From the NCBI GenBank assembly GCA_963712275.1, contig CAVQHD010000001.1:1248001-1312000 (forward strand): a stretch of DNA of 64,000 nucleotides. Reading direction: 5' to 3'. This document shows positions 36,639 through 46,612 of the stretch, in pieces; within the stretch, counting starts at the first letter, position 1, and each line of letters opens with the position of its first letter. The translations under genes were made by a program, and so were the position numbers. The notes under the pieces are model-generated. The model saw nothing but the letters and a program-made list of their open reading frames with translations, did no database searches and was not told the origin of the DNA. This DNA is from an uncultured Rhabdochlamydiaceae bacterium. GTDB lineage: Bacteria > Chlamydiota > Chlamydiia > Chlamydiales > Rhabdochlamydiaceae.

Positions 36639-37589
36639 TTATCCTTCAAAAAACTTGGCAAGTGTTTCTTTTCCTTTGGCTTTATCGCAATCTTCTAGAT
36701 CTGCTGCAAAAACATCCCATGAAGAGTATTTTGCAGGAATCCAGCTACGGATTATTGATGGTGTCAGTAGGGCGTTAGAAGAATTTGAGGATTGAATTTC
36801 TCTTCCAGTTAACTTCTTAAAGCCCGAGCAAGGATTTTTTGCTAAAAGAGATGCGGCCATGTCCAAGATAAAGAAGAGTCGGTGTGCTTGACGATAAGGC
36901 GTCCAACTGTTTGCATGTGTTGAATACCAATTTGCAAAAATAAACAGTTTTTGACAGGCTTCCGAAAAAGACTCAATTTCATTAAATGCAGAAACAATAT
37001 TTCCATTAATATGAAAGTTGTTTTGATAATGATTTAATATACGTTCTAGAAGTTGAGGCGATATCCATTGAATAAAAACAGAGCCGTTATAAAGAAAATA
37101 TCCATTTTTGACGGGGTGATCAAAGAATTTTTCAAATGTAGCATTATCGAGCTGTCCTTCTGCATTTCGACGGTTGAGTTCGCAGATACTGGCTTGATCG
37201 TCACATCCGACTAAATCAAGCGGCATGAGGGTCAAAAATCTCTCTTTTTGACTCGGTGGCAGCTGCTTTTGAAAAGAATCTAATGTAGTTTTAAAATAAC
37301 CTGACCAATTCTTACGGCATAGGACTATTTCTGCTTTTGAGAATAATTCTTTTATCTTTTCATTTCCCTTGCCTTGAGGAAAACAGTCTTCGGGTGGTAG
37401 AAGAGGAAAATGCTTAAAAAATATTTTAGAAATCCTCTCATGTTCTTTTGATCGCCATTCATACCCTTCCGCTGTTGCAATGAGGGAGCCGAGTAGTTTT
37501 ATCCGTTGATCTCTTCCTGCAAGTCCTTGCGGGCAAGCCTCCAAGGAAGCTTCTAGAGAAGATATGTTGTTTGTAATAGGTTGAGTCAT
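36639..37589 (-). CDS. Hypothetical protein, duplicate copy 2
   Basis: Paralog of 33921-34907, 12 aa shorter. Confidence 0.75.
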   Translation of the reverse strand: MTQPITNNISSLEASLEACPQGLAGRDQRIKLLGSLIATAEGYEWRSKEHERISKIFFKHFPLLPPEDCFPQGKGNEKIKELFSKAEIVLCRKNWSGYFKTTLDSFQKQLPPSQKERFLTLMPLDLVGCDDQASICELNRRNAEGQLDNATFEKFFDHPVKNGYFLYNGSVFIQWISPQLLERILNHYQNNFHINGNIVSAFNEIESFSEACQKLFIFANWYSTHANSWTPYRQAHRLFFILDMAASLLAKNPCSGFKKLTGREIQSSNSSNALLTPSIIRSWIPAKYSSWDVFAADLEDCDKAKGKETLAKFFEG

Positions 37590-37674
37590 TTGTTTCTCCT
37601 TTTTTTATTAAAATTTTATAAATATAAACTATATTTTAATATAAAGTCCATTTGATAGCAAGTAATTATTTTAT

Positions 37675-38385
37675 TTAGGCTTGTAAAGAATAAAGATAGC
37701 TGAGCTGGCTGAGGGCGCAGAGGGCGGCAGTTTCTGCGCGCAATGTGTTGGGATGGAGCGAGATGCCGGTCGCTTGGAGGTTGGTTTCCAAGAAGAGGCG
37801 CTCTTCTGGGGAAAGCCCCTTTTCAGGGCCGATGACGATGATAAGAGGGGAGGAGTAGCTAGATTGGAGGGGTTTAGCAGCTGGTGAAAGCGACCCAAAA
37901 AGAAGGGTTGCATCGGGTTTGCTCCACTGATGGAGTGGGGGCTTAAGGAGGATGGAAGGGAGGTAGAGTCGCTTGCTCTGTTTGAGCGCGCTGATGACGA
38001 GGTGCTCCAGTCTGGGGAGTTGATGCGAGGAGAGGCTCTTTTTTTCACTTTGATCACCTGGGAAGAGCCAAAACTGGGTCGCTCCAAGCTCGGTTCCTTT
38101 TTCTAAAATCCAGTCGAGGAGAGAGGGTTTTGTCAGTCCTTGGGCTAGGATGATTTCAAAGGAAGGGGGCAGGGATTGGGTTTTTTTGTGGATTTCAAAG
38201 AGGGCCTCCGAGTCTTTGATCTGGGTCAGCTCAGCATTGGCAACTGTTCCTTGTCCATTGACGAGCTCGATGGTTTCTCCAGGGCGGATCCGCATCACGT
38301 GTTTGAGGTGATGAAACTCGGGGCCAGTCAGCACGGCTGTAGGAGACTGAAGAGGATCTTTAAGGAAGAATCGATGGACAGGCAT
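37675..38385 (-). CDS. rsmE: 16S rRNA m3U1498 methyltransferase
   Basis: HHLKHVMR, EKGTELG, IGPEKG, LRAETA. Confidence 0.92.
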   Translation of the reverse strand: MPVHRFFLKDPLQSPTAVLTGPEFHHLKHVMRIRPGETIELVNGQGTVANAELTQIKDSEALFEIHKKTQSLPPSFEIILAQGLTKPSLLDWILEKGTELGATQFWLFPGDQSEKKSLSSHQLPRLEHLVISALKQSKRLYLPSILLKPPLHQWSKPDATLLFGSLSPAAKPLQSSYSSPLIIVIGPEKGLSPEERLFLETNLQATGISLHPNTLRAETAALCALSQLSYLYSLQA

Positions 38386-39538
38386 GTTGGATCATCTCCT
38401 TAGGGTGGGAAAAATGAAAGATGCGCAGTGCGCTTAAACGTTTGAAATGGCGCGAAAGATGAGGAAATTGAGAGAAGTTAATGACGAGCTTGAATCGGTA
38501 ATCAGCAGGAAAATGATCGGAATGTTCGTAAGGAATCACTTCACATGAGGAGCAGTTTATTGCTGTTGGAACGAAGGCTGTGAGTTGCTCCCTTGGATAG
38601 AGTTCTCGGAGTTTGGGGAGCCAGTCGAGGGCTTCAGGGTCGGTGCCAAAAATGAGGGCAACAGAATCGTGTCGAAACGGCTTTTTTAATCGGCCGGGCA
38701 GTTGTTGTTTCCATCGATTATGGATCCAGAGCCACTCATGAGGTCTTGCCTTGATGCTCTCTTCAAAAAGAGAGAGGACTTGGCTCATCATGGCGTCGGT
38801 ATTTTCTTGGGGTTCAATGGGGTTGCTATAGTGAATGAGGTATTTTCCGCTTTCGCGACGGATGGTGGCGACAATAATGGGACACCCTGTTCTTTTAGAG
38901 AGAAGGGCAGGGAGAGGAGAAGTCCACGCCTCTCTTCCAAGGAAGGGAGATGAAAATCCTGAATCAGGCATTCCTTGATCGCCGACGATGCCGAGAAATT
39001 TTCCAGCTTTTAATGCTTTGACACTAGCGCGATAAGCATTTTTAGGGGCGATGATAGTCCCTCCAAATTTTTCTCGAAGCCGAAGGGTCCAGTCATAAAG
39101 AAGATGGTTGTGAATGGGGCGGCCAATGGCAACGCCAGGCATTCGGCTGGTCCCCTCGAGGAAGAGAATTTCCCAGTTGGCTTGGTGGCCGCAGAAAAAA
39201 ATGACTCCTTTCCCTTGCTTAAGGAGGGAGGTTGCCACTTCTGGATTTTCGCAATGGGCAATGGAGGAGATCTTTTTTTCTCGGTAAAGGCGGGGGTATT
39301 CGAGGGTGATGATGGCCAAGTTTTGCAAAGAGGCTTTTGCAAGAGTGACGATTTGGCGGGGGGTGAGATTTAAAGCTGTGGCAAGCGCGAGGTTGGAGAG
39401 GGTTCTTTTTCGGTATTTGGGGTAGAGGTAATAGATTGTAAGGCCGATGACTTGGCCAAGTCTATGAAGCGTGGGGAAGGAGAGGAATTGTAGAGGATAG
39501 GTGAAAATCCGAAAGATCCAATAATTTAACCAAGACAT
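38360..39538 (-). CDS. Lipid A late acyltransferase (LpxL/HtrB family)
   Basis: GHQANWE, VGDQG, WLWIHNRWK. Confidence 0.88.
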   Translation of the reverse strand: MSWLNYWIFRIFTYPLQFLSFPTLHRLGQVIGLTIYYLYPKYRKRTLSNLALATALNLTPRQIVTLAKASLQNLAIITLEYPRLYREKKISSIAHCENPEVATSLLKQGKGVIFFCGHQANWEILFLEGTSRMPGVAIGRPIHNHLLYDWTLRLREKFGGTIIAPKNAYRASVKALKAGKFLGIVGDQGMPDSGFSSPFLGREAWTSPLPALLSKRTGCPIIVATIRRESGKYLIHYSNPIEPQENTDAMMSQVLSLFEESIKARPHEWLWIHNRWKQQLPGRLKKPFRHDSVALIFGTDPEALDWLPKLRELYPREQLTAFVPTAINCSSCEVIPYEHSDHFPADYRFKLVINFSQFPHLSRHFKRLSALRIFHFSHPKEMIQHACPSILP

Positions 39539-40683
39539 AGCTGACAGATCTTTTCAAGTTGAAGGGAATAATCTAGGTGGGCAATGGAGTCTCGAATGGC
39601 TCTTGCTCTAAGAAGCTCTTTCGGATGATCGAGAGCTTTTTCTAAGGCGGAGGCAAGTTCCTCGGGGTTTTGGGAATTTTCAAGGGTTATTCCTGAATGG
39701 GATTGCAAAACTTCGTGTCCTCCATTCATTTTAGAGGAGATGACAAAGAGTCCTAAGGCGAGCGCTTCGACAGTCACATTGGCAAAAGGGTCGTAGATCG
39801 AGGGGATGATGAGGGCATCCGAGGCGAGAAAAAAGGGTTTACTCGTTGGCACAGCTCCAAAGAAAGAGACTTGATTTTCAAGCTTGAGCTTTCGTGTAAG
39901 AGATTGGTAGAAAGGGAGCTTTTTATCAGAGCCTACAACGGAAAGGTGAAAGTTTTGATTGGAGCCCTTTGAGACAAGGGGCAGGGCTTGTAAGAGTGTC
40001 TTAAGACCCTTTCGCTCGAAATTATGTCCAACAAAAAGAAAGTGGAAAACAGAAGGGTTTAGGCCTAAGTTGTGAAGGTATTTTTTTCGATGAACCATCG
40101 AATCATTGAACTCCTCTTCAACCTCTTTCCATTCGACTCCATTGTGAATGATGTGAATTTTGGAAGGAGGAGTCTTGTAGTAGCTTAGAATTTGTTTTTT
40201 AACGAGTGCAGAATTTACGATAATCGCTTGTGTAGTCTCCGATTCAAAAGTGAGTTTTTCAAGTTTAAGATGCAGGCGATGAAGCGGGTTTAAGGCAAAA
40301 GAGACTTTCCTAAGCGGACCTTCGAGGAAGGAGCGGAGATCTAAATAGGCTGCATGGACGCCATTTCCTGCTCGGTGATGTGTTTGAATCGATCCTCGGT
40401 CCATGCTGAAGATGATATCGAAAGAGGAGGCGGAGAGCTTCTCTTTAGCCCACTGATCAAAAGCGTTGATCTGCCCTACTTGTAAAAATTTTGGTAAGAG
40501 TTTGTTTGGGCGGTAAGTGTAGGTGGGGCACGGAGGAGTTGCTGAAGAAGCGGTGAAAAAGGAAAGGTTAGCGCCTTTGTCTAGGAAGGCTTTTAAAAGA
40601 TGATGTGTCACTTTTTCTAAGCCGCCTGATACATGGAAGTCCCGCTTAATAAAGGCGACTTTACTTCGATTCATGCGACACAT
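39526..40683 (-). CDS. GT4 glycosyltransferase (WaaG-like)
   Basis: GGLEK, IHNGV, RKGL, PSIYDPFANVTVEALALG. Confidence 0.88.
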   Translation of the reverse strand: MCRMNRSKVAFIKRDFHVSGGLEKVTHHLLKAFLDKGANLSFFTASSATPPCPTYTYRPNKLLPKFLQVGQINAFDQWAKEKLSASSFDIIFSMDRGSIQTHHRAGNGVHAAYLDLRSFLEGPLRKVSFALNPLHRLHLKLEKLTFESETTQAIIVNSALVKKQILSYYKTPPSKIHIIHNGVEWKEVEEEFNDSMVHRKKYLHNLGLNPSVFHFLFVGHNFERKGLKTLLQALPLVSKGSNQNFHLSVVGSDKKLPFYQSLTRKLKLENQVSFFGAVPTSKPFFLASDALIIPSIYDPFANVTVEALALGLFVISSKMNGGHEVLQSHSGITLENSQNPEELASALEKALDHPKELLRARAIRDSIAHLDYSLQLEKICQLCLG

Positions 40684-41908
40684 CTTTGATATTGATATGA
40701 TTTTGGCTCAGCACCACCATCAGCTCGAGTTTCTCTGTTTGAGACTTAAACAATTGAAAACGGTTCATGTAGCTTCGAAATCGGTTACGTAAATACTCTT
40801 CTCTTTGTTTAGCAATCCCAGGATCGTCATGATGGTGTTCTTCATCGGAGAGAAGGATAGAGACGTACCGGTCTTCAAGTACCCGTGAATTTTGAAACTG
40901 GATGCACCAATCGAGTTGATTGTCTTTAGGATGAACGAGAATGGAGACTTGAATCATATCTTGAACAAGTTCGACAAAAAGGCGGCTTGCTCCTTTTGCA
41001 AATAAGGGTGTGCGTATCATAAACAGTCCATGAAACTGCTCAATTATACTATTCAGAGCGATGGAATACATCTCTGGGTTCAGTTGGCTGGTATACTCAG
41101 TAGGAAAAAAGAGAGCAATAGGAACAGGTCTTGCAATGGGATGAAGGTCAGACTTGACAAAATCGATTCGGAGTTCTTGTGCCTGAGGATCATCGATGAC
41201 GAGGGGCCGGTCTGTTAGAAAGGGGAGCTCAACTTGTTTCCACTCCTCGGGAACCCTAAATGAGATTTCATCGGATACAGATTCAGATTCTTCGAGCTCA
41301 TCACGAGAGATGTCATTGAGGTTGAAGGTGAGGTTAATTCCTTTAGCCTTGACCTGTTTAATTTTTTCCTCAGGTCCAGAGACGGTGAGTGAAAGGCGGT
41401 AGGGCCATACATCAAGAAATTGATAATCTCGAGGGGCTTCACCAATGGGATGAGTGACAATAACAGGAATTTTTTCTGTCACGAGCTTTGTGAAAGAAAT
41501 GGGAAGCCTTTGCAGCTGGGCTCGCTTGACGGTTTTGGAGAGATCAAAGTCGGGATTTAACGAGATCAGGTTTTTTTGTGAAATGGTGGCAATCCATTCT
41601 TCCGATTTGTCTGTTGCATCAAGAACAACTTCCAGATCATTCGATGTAAGATCCTTGAGATGATTTTTATTCCCTTGCAAGGAAATACTGATCCTTTTTG
41701 AAAGAACGCCGCAAGGAAGAAGGCCATCGACAGTCATTCCTGCCGGAATATTGATCAGCCGTACAGCGACATTCTCAACGGTCTTTGTTGTTGTAAGCGA
41801 GTGATTGACGATCAGCCAGAGAGAAATGGCCAGCAAGAGGGCAGTCACTTTTCGATCCCAATGATCTACAAAGAGATAGCGGAGAAAATTCATTAACCCC
41901 CCATCCAT
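40661..41908 (-). CDS. YbbR/CdaR-like protein
   Basis: N-terminal TM helix (RKVTALLLAISLW); follows cdaA. Confidence 0.75.
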   Translation of the reverse strand: MDGGLMNFLRYLFVDHWDRKVTALLLAISLWLIVNHSLTTTKTVENVAVRLINIPAGMTVDGLLPCGVLSKRISISLQGNKNHLKDLTSNDLEVVLDATDKSEEWIATISQKNLISLNPDFDLSKTVKRAQLQRLPISFTKLVTEKIPVIVTHPIGEAPRDYQFLDVWPYRLSLTVSGPEEKIKQVKAKGINLTFNLNDISRDELEESESVSDEISFRVPEEWKQVELPFLTDRPLVIDDPQAQELRIDFVKSDLHPIARPVPIALFFPTEYTSQLNPEMYSIALNSIIEQFHGLFMIRTPLFAKGASRLFVELVQDMIQVSILVHPKDNQLDWCIQFQNSRVLEDRYVSILLSDEEHHHDDPGIAKQREEYLRNRFRSYMNRFQLFKSQTEKLELMVVLSQNHINIKDVSHESK

Positions 41909-42690
41909 TCTGTAAGTCGAAATTTCTTGTGTTGGTGTGGAGGTTGAGGTGTATAGATGCTATGAAGCACCCCTCTAAATTGATTGATTTTGACCCCTCG
42001 AGAAGTTGCTTTGTCTCGAGAGATAAAAACCTTTCCCGTCTCTTCTGAGACAGCAATTGCAAGGGCATCTGTCAGCTGAGAGATTCCTAGGGCCGCCAGA
42101 TGGCGTGTGCCCATCGATGATCTGGAAGTTTCGCTCGATTCATCGGCAAGAGGAAGAATAACAGCTGCGGCGACAATTGTCATGTCGCGAATAATCACAG
42201 CGCCATCATGGAGTGGTGTTGACGCTGCAAAGATCGTTTCTAGGAGTTCTGAAGAAAATTTTGCGTTTAACACGACTGCCTTTTGTGCAAATTCATCTAG
42301 TTTTTCCGTGTGCTCTAAAACAATCAAGGCCCCTATCCGCTTTTCTGCAAGCCTATAGATGGAATTAGTCAGCTGATCTAAGAATTTATCAAATTCTGTC
42401 ACTTCGCGGTACCTTTTTCCTTTCAAACTTAGTTTTGATAGAGCAACCCGCAGTTCTGGCTGAAAGATAATAATAAGTCCAACCGCAGCCACATTGGCGA
42501 GATTCGTCATAATTGTATAAAGAATGGGCAGGTGAAGGATGGAGCTGATGGAAAAAATAACAAAAAAAGCTAGAAGGCCCAGAAGCAGGTCCATTGACCG
42601 GGTTTTCCAGAAAAATGACAATAAATAATTTAAAATAACGGCAATAACGGAAATTTCGATAAGAGGTGTCAGAACATCAAGGATATTCAT
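41893..42690 (-). CDS. cdaA: Diadenylate cyclase
   Basis: 3 TM helices, IFQPELR, PLHDGA, GTRH. Confidence 0.92.
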   Translation of the reverse strand: MNILDVLTPLIEISVIAVILNYLLSFFWKTRSMDLLLGLLAFFVIFSISSILHLPILYTIMTNLANVAAVGLIIIFQPELRVALSKLSLKGKRYREVTEFDKFLDQLTNSIYRLAEKRIGALIVLEHTEKLDEFAQKAVVLNAKFSSELLETIFAASTPLHDGAVIIRDMTIVAAAVILPLADESSETSRSSMGTRHLAALGISQLTDALAIAVSEETGKVFISRDKATSRGVKINQFRGVLHSIYTPQPPHQHKKFRLTEWMGG

Positions 42691-42770
42691 AATATTTTAT
42701 TTAAAATGTGAGCGTCATTGTAGGGATGAAAAGAGTTGTAATCAACGAATAATTTTTTAGGGCGCGGAAC

Positions 42771-43637
42771 TTACTGCTCAGCGCTCCATAGCAGAAGGAT
42801 AAACGGGCAGCGAGCGGACATATCTCTCGCACTCTGACTGGAGCCTAGATTTTTTTTATGATCGCTGATCGGATTGATCCGGTTATAGAGATAGAGCACC
42901 TCGTCGATGTATCTCACATGTTCCCCTGCCATTTCAAGGAGGGGAATGATGAGCGCTACATCACCCGCCATCGGGAGATAGATCCCCTCTTTCATCAAAT
43001 CATCCCGAGAGATTTTTTTTCCAAGGCTCGCATAGAAAGTCTGCAAATGTGTTGAGACCCACTTATACTGCCGAAAAAGCCGTCTTCGCTTCACATACGA
43101 GGGTATTGGCTCACACAGTTTAGGCTTTTGCACATACGATGGATAGTCCAGGTAATTCCCATACGTCATCCACACTTCTGGATCGGCATACACTTTATTC
43201 AGTTTTTTGAGCACAAACGGATGGGCAAGAAAATCATCCCCGTCCACTCTCACCACAATCTCGTCCTGTTGGCACATCTGGATCATCTCATACAGATTTC
43301 GCACCGACCCAAAATTGCTCTCCCTCCTGATCAGCGTCACCTTCTCCTTCATCAGAGATCTCTCCACCAGCGCGTTCACCTTATCCCAGGTATCATCCGT
43401 TGACGCATCATCAGCATAAATCACCCGGAAGTTACCATATTCCTGCCCGAGCACCGACAGCAGGTTCTGCTCACAATATTTTGTATTGTTATACGATGGA
43501 ATGACAACGACAAACGGTTTTTCAGCCACCTTGCCCTGCCCCCTCTGTTCCTTGCTCGGCAAAAGCGGCATCAGCACCACAAACGACAGGACGATCCCGC
43601 CCAATAGAACAACTAATCTAATAAAGGTTTTAATCAT
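42771..43637 (-). CDS. GT2 glycosyltransferase (probable C-terminal frameshift)
   Basis: VVIPSYNN, DDASTD, VDGDD. Confidence 0.85.
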   Translation of the reverse strand: MIKTFIRLVVLLGGIVLSFVVLMPLLPSKEQRGQGKVAEKPFVVVIPSYNNTKYCEQNLLSVLGQEYGNFRVIYADDASTDDTWDKVNALVERSLMKEKVTLIRRESNFGSVRNLYEMIQMCQQDEIVVRVDGDDFLAHPFVLKKLNKVYADPEVWMTYGNYLDYPSYVQKPKLCEPIPSYVKRRRLFRQYKWVSTHLQTFYASLGKKISRDDLMKEGIYLPMAGDVALIIPLLEMAGEHVRYIDEVLYLYNRINPISDHKKNLGSSQSARDMSARCPFILLLWSAEQ

Positions 43638-44221
43638 ATTTTTTGGTAGCCAATGACATGTTGGTAGCACAGGAGAAGGTGGCTGACACCATTCATCGCT
43701 CGGTGGGGAGTCGCCTCAGGGGGAAGATGGTAGGCAGCGGCAATTTTATCCTTTGAAAAACCGGTATTCCAAGGGAGCTTTGCTTCTGCTTGGCGGCCTA
43801 AGTGGATGGCTTTTGCCCAATACATGGATGCAAAATCAAGCCAATAATACGGCCACTTGAAATTTTCTTGGATATCGGGGTCAATTAACTGAGAGAAAAA
43901 GATACGGTCGAAAGAAGGATTTTGGCAGATAAAGACAGCATTGGATCGATGGATTTGATTTTGTTGGAGTAGATTTGTGATTTCGACTCCTGCTTTTTCA
44001 GGAGGGATGCCTTGTTTGAGCATCTCATAGGTAAATCCATTGACTTGAAGACTTAAAGGATCGCTTCGTTTCCAGTCCTCAGGCGTTTGTAAAACCATTG
44101 TTTCATACTGATCTAAAATATCGCCCGTTTTGAGATCGACAATTTTAAAAGCAATTTCCAGCAATCGATGAATAAAAGGGTTGAGTCCATTTGTCTCCGT
44201 ATCAAGAAAAATTCCGCGCAT
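43634..44221 (-). CDS. DEDDh 3'-5' exonuclease
   Basis: LDTETNG, QNPSFD, HRAMNGV. Confidence 0.85.
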   Translation of the reverse strand: MRGIFLDTETNGLNPFIHRLLEIAFKIVDLKTGDILDQYETMVLQTPEDWKRSDPLSLQVNGFTYEMLKQGIPPEKAGVEITNLLQQNQIHRSNAVFICQNPSFDRIFFSQLIDPDIQENFKWPYYWLDFASMYWAKAIHLGRQAEAKLPWNTGFSKDKIAAAYHLPPEATPHRAMNGVSHLLLCYQHVIGYQKI

Positions 44222-44295
44222 TTTTATACCTCAAAACAAACGAATAAATGTAGCAAAGGATGGTGCTTTTTGTCAAAAAATATTTGGAGATACAG

Positions 44296-44490
44296 GGCAT
44301 AGGAAACTAGAGCAGATATTTAAAACTTTTGCTCACTCAGACTTATTTCCATTTTTTCACCACAGAGGCACGGAGAGGGATGAGATTGCACAGAGTAAAT
44401 TTTTTTTTTACTCTGTGCAATCTCATCCCTCTCCGTGCCTCTGTGGTGAAAAAATGGAAATAAGCATGAGTGAGCAAAAGTTTTAAACAT
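44296..44490. repeat. Palindromic element family A, copy 2
   Basis: GGCATAGGAAACTAG left end; core TTTTTTCACCACAGAGGCACGGAGAGGGATGAGATTGCACAGAG and its inverse; right terminus eroded. Confidence 0.85.
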
Positions 44491-44536
44491 ATACGCGTAT
44501 TTACTAGTTAGACTGTTTATGATAAGATTCCTTCCT

Positions 44537-44950
44537 ATGGCGCTTCCTATTCAAAAATTACGAGAAGTTGTGTTCCATCTTCTCTATAGTGACGATTTTC
44601 AAGCGCTGGGCGAAGATATGGTCCCTTTTTTAATGCAATACCATCGAACGACTAAAAAATCTCTTTACCATGCTCAAGAGATTGTAAGCCAGATTCTCCT
44701 CCATCGAGAAGAGATTGATCAGCAGATTCAAACCCATTCTACGGAATATGAGCTCAATCGGATCCCTCGGGTTGAGAGAAATCTGCTACGTCTAGGAATT
44801 TTTGAAATGATCTATTCCAAACAGGTTCCGCCTAAAGTGGCTATCAGTGAGGCGATTCGTTTAGCTCGAAAATTCGCAACGAAGGAAAGTGCACAGTTTG
44901 TTAATGCGATTTTAGATGCTGTTTATACACAAGAGATCCATGCAATTTGA
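44537..44950 (+). CDS. nusB: Transcription antitermination factor NusB
   Basis: RVERNLLRLG, PPKVAISEAIRLARKF, FVNAILD. Confidence 0.92.
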   Translation: MALPIQKLREVVFHLLYSDDFQALGEDMVPFLMQYHRTTKKSLYHAQEIVSQILLHREEIDQQIQTHSTEYELNRIPRVERNLLRLGIFEMIYSKQVPPKVAISEAIRLARKFATKESAQFVNAILDAVYTQEIHAI

Positions 44951-45806
44951 AGAAGGGCGCTTTCTCAAGGACTTGACAACATTTAAAATCGGCGGCCCTG
45001 CAAGGTATGTTACTGAAGTTCAAACAGTTTCAGAGCTTCAAGAAGCGATCTGTCGATGTCGTGAGAGAGGGATTCGGTATCTCGTCTTAGGAAAAGGGTC
45101 GAATACACTGTTTCACGATGAAGGATTTGATGGGGCAATCATTCTCAACAAGATACAGTTTATCGAAGAGGATCGAGGGAGGATCTCTGTTGGTGCAGGC
45201 TACAGTTTCTCTTTGCTGGGCTCGCAAACAGCGCGTAAAGGGTGGGAAGGGCTTGAATTTGCCTCAGGAATTCCTGGAACGGTCGGAGGCGCTATTTTCA
45301 TGAATGCAGGGGCAAATGGAAATGAAACATTCCAAACGTTGCAAGAAGTCACCTACGTGCATGAAACCGGAGATCTAGAAATCTTGAGCAAAGGCGAGCT
45401 TAAATGGGGTTATCGATGGACTTCCTTCCATGAGAAGAAGGGGGGGATAGCATCTGCTTGCTTTCAATTGAAAACCTCTTCAGAAGCTCGCTCCCGCCAG
45501 CTTGCCTTGATTGATTACCGGACAAAAACACAGCCGTATTCAGAGCCATCGGCTGGATGTGTTTTTCAAAATACAGCGCAGATTTCTGCAGGACAGTTAA
45601 TTCAAGAGTGCGGACTCAAAGGGGAAAGAATAGGCGATGCCGAAGTGTCGCTTCTTCATGGGAATTTTATTGTGAATAAAGGATCTGCTTCTGCCGGTGA
45701 TGTTCTGGCCCTTGCTTCTTACATTCAAAAGATCGTCTATGAAAAAACAGGACACCGTCTTGAGATGGAGCTTCGTGTCATTCCTCCTAGGGAGACAATA
45801 AGATGA
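44940..45806 (+). CDS. murB: UDP-N-acetylenolpyruvoylglucosamine reductase
   Basis: TTFKIGGPA, GKGSN, GIPGTVGGAIFMNAGA, HGNFIVN. Confidence 0.95.
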   Translation: MQFEEGRFLKDLTTFKIGGPARYVTEVQTVSELQEAICRCRERGIRYLVLGKGSNTLFHDEGFDGAIILNKIQFIEEDRGRISVGAGYSFSLLGSQTARKGWEGLEFASGIPGTVGGAIFMNAGANGNETFQTLQEVTYVHETGDLEILSKGELKWGYRWTSFHEKKGGIASACFQLKTSSEARSRQLALIDYRTKTQPYSEPSAGCVFQNTAQISAGQLIQECGLKGERIGDAEVSLLHGNFIVNKGSASAGDVLALASYIQKIVYEKTGHRLEMELRVIPPRETIR

Positions 45807-46612
45807 CGTGGGCAGATCTTCATTGCCATTCTCAAGCCTCTGACGGCTCTTTGTCTCCTAGAGAGCTTGTTAAAATGGCAAAAGAGCGTGGACTTCGGGC
45901 TCTTTCAATCACCGATCACGATACAACCCTTGCTTATGCCGAAGCGATCCTGGCTGCTGAGGAAGAAGAGCTTTTGCTAGGCACTGGGGTGGAGTTCTCA
46001 TGCGTTTTTGAGCAGCAAGATATCCATCTCTTAGGGTACGATTTTGATCTACTTTCACCTGAAATTCAGGCTCTTTGCAAGAGGCATCGAGTAAGAAGGC
46101 AGCACCGGAATCAGAAGGTCATTGAAAAATTAAGCGCCTATGGAATGGACATTTCTTTAGAAGAACTTGAAGTTAGAGAAGGCACTGTCGGTCGTCCGCA
46201 TATTGCCCAGGCGATGGTTCAAAAGGGGTATGTCTCCTCTGTACGGCAAGCGTTTCATCGGTATTTGGGAAAAGGGCAGTGTTGTTATGCCCAAGGAGAA
46301 AGCATCAGCGTAGATGAAACCATTGACGTGATTCATTTTGCTCAAGGGAAAGCATTTCTTGCCCATCCGCATCTTCTTCCTCCTTCACTTTCTGTGGACC
46401 GTTTACTTCAAAGGCCTTTTGATGGAATTGAGTGTTGGTATGCTAAATTCTCTGAAAAAATAGCCACCTATTGGATTGAAATAGCCCGTCGCAAGGGGAT
46501 TCTGATGAGCGGAGGTTCTGATTTTCACGGAAAGGGCTCAATTGAGGCGTCTTTAGGAAGTCAAGGGATCAGCCAAGACATTTTTTATCAAATTTTTGAG
46601 CATGTCAAGTAA
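45803..46612 (+). CDS. PHP domain phosphoesterase (TrpH/YciV-like)
   Basis: DLHCHSQASDG, ITDHD, AHP, GGSDFHG. Confidence 0.9.
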   Translation: MTWADLHCHSQASDGSLSPRELVKMAKERGLRALSITDHDTTLAYAEAILAAEEEELLLGTGVEFSCVFEQQDIHLLGYDFDLLSPEIQALCKRHRVRRQHRNQKVIEKLSAYGMDISLEELEVREGTVGRPHIAQAMVQKGYVSSVRQAFHRYLGKGQCCYAQGESISVDETIDVIHFAQGKAFLAHPHLLPPSLSVDRLLQRPFDGIECWYAKFSEKIATYWIEIARRKGILMSGGSDFHGKGSIEASLGSQGISQDIFYQIFEHVK

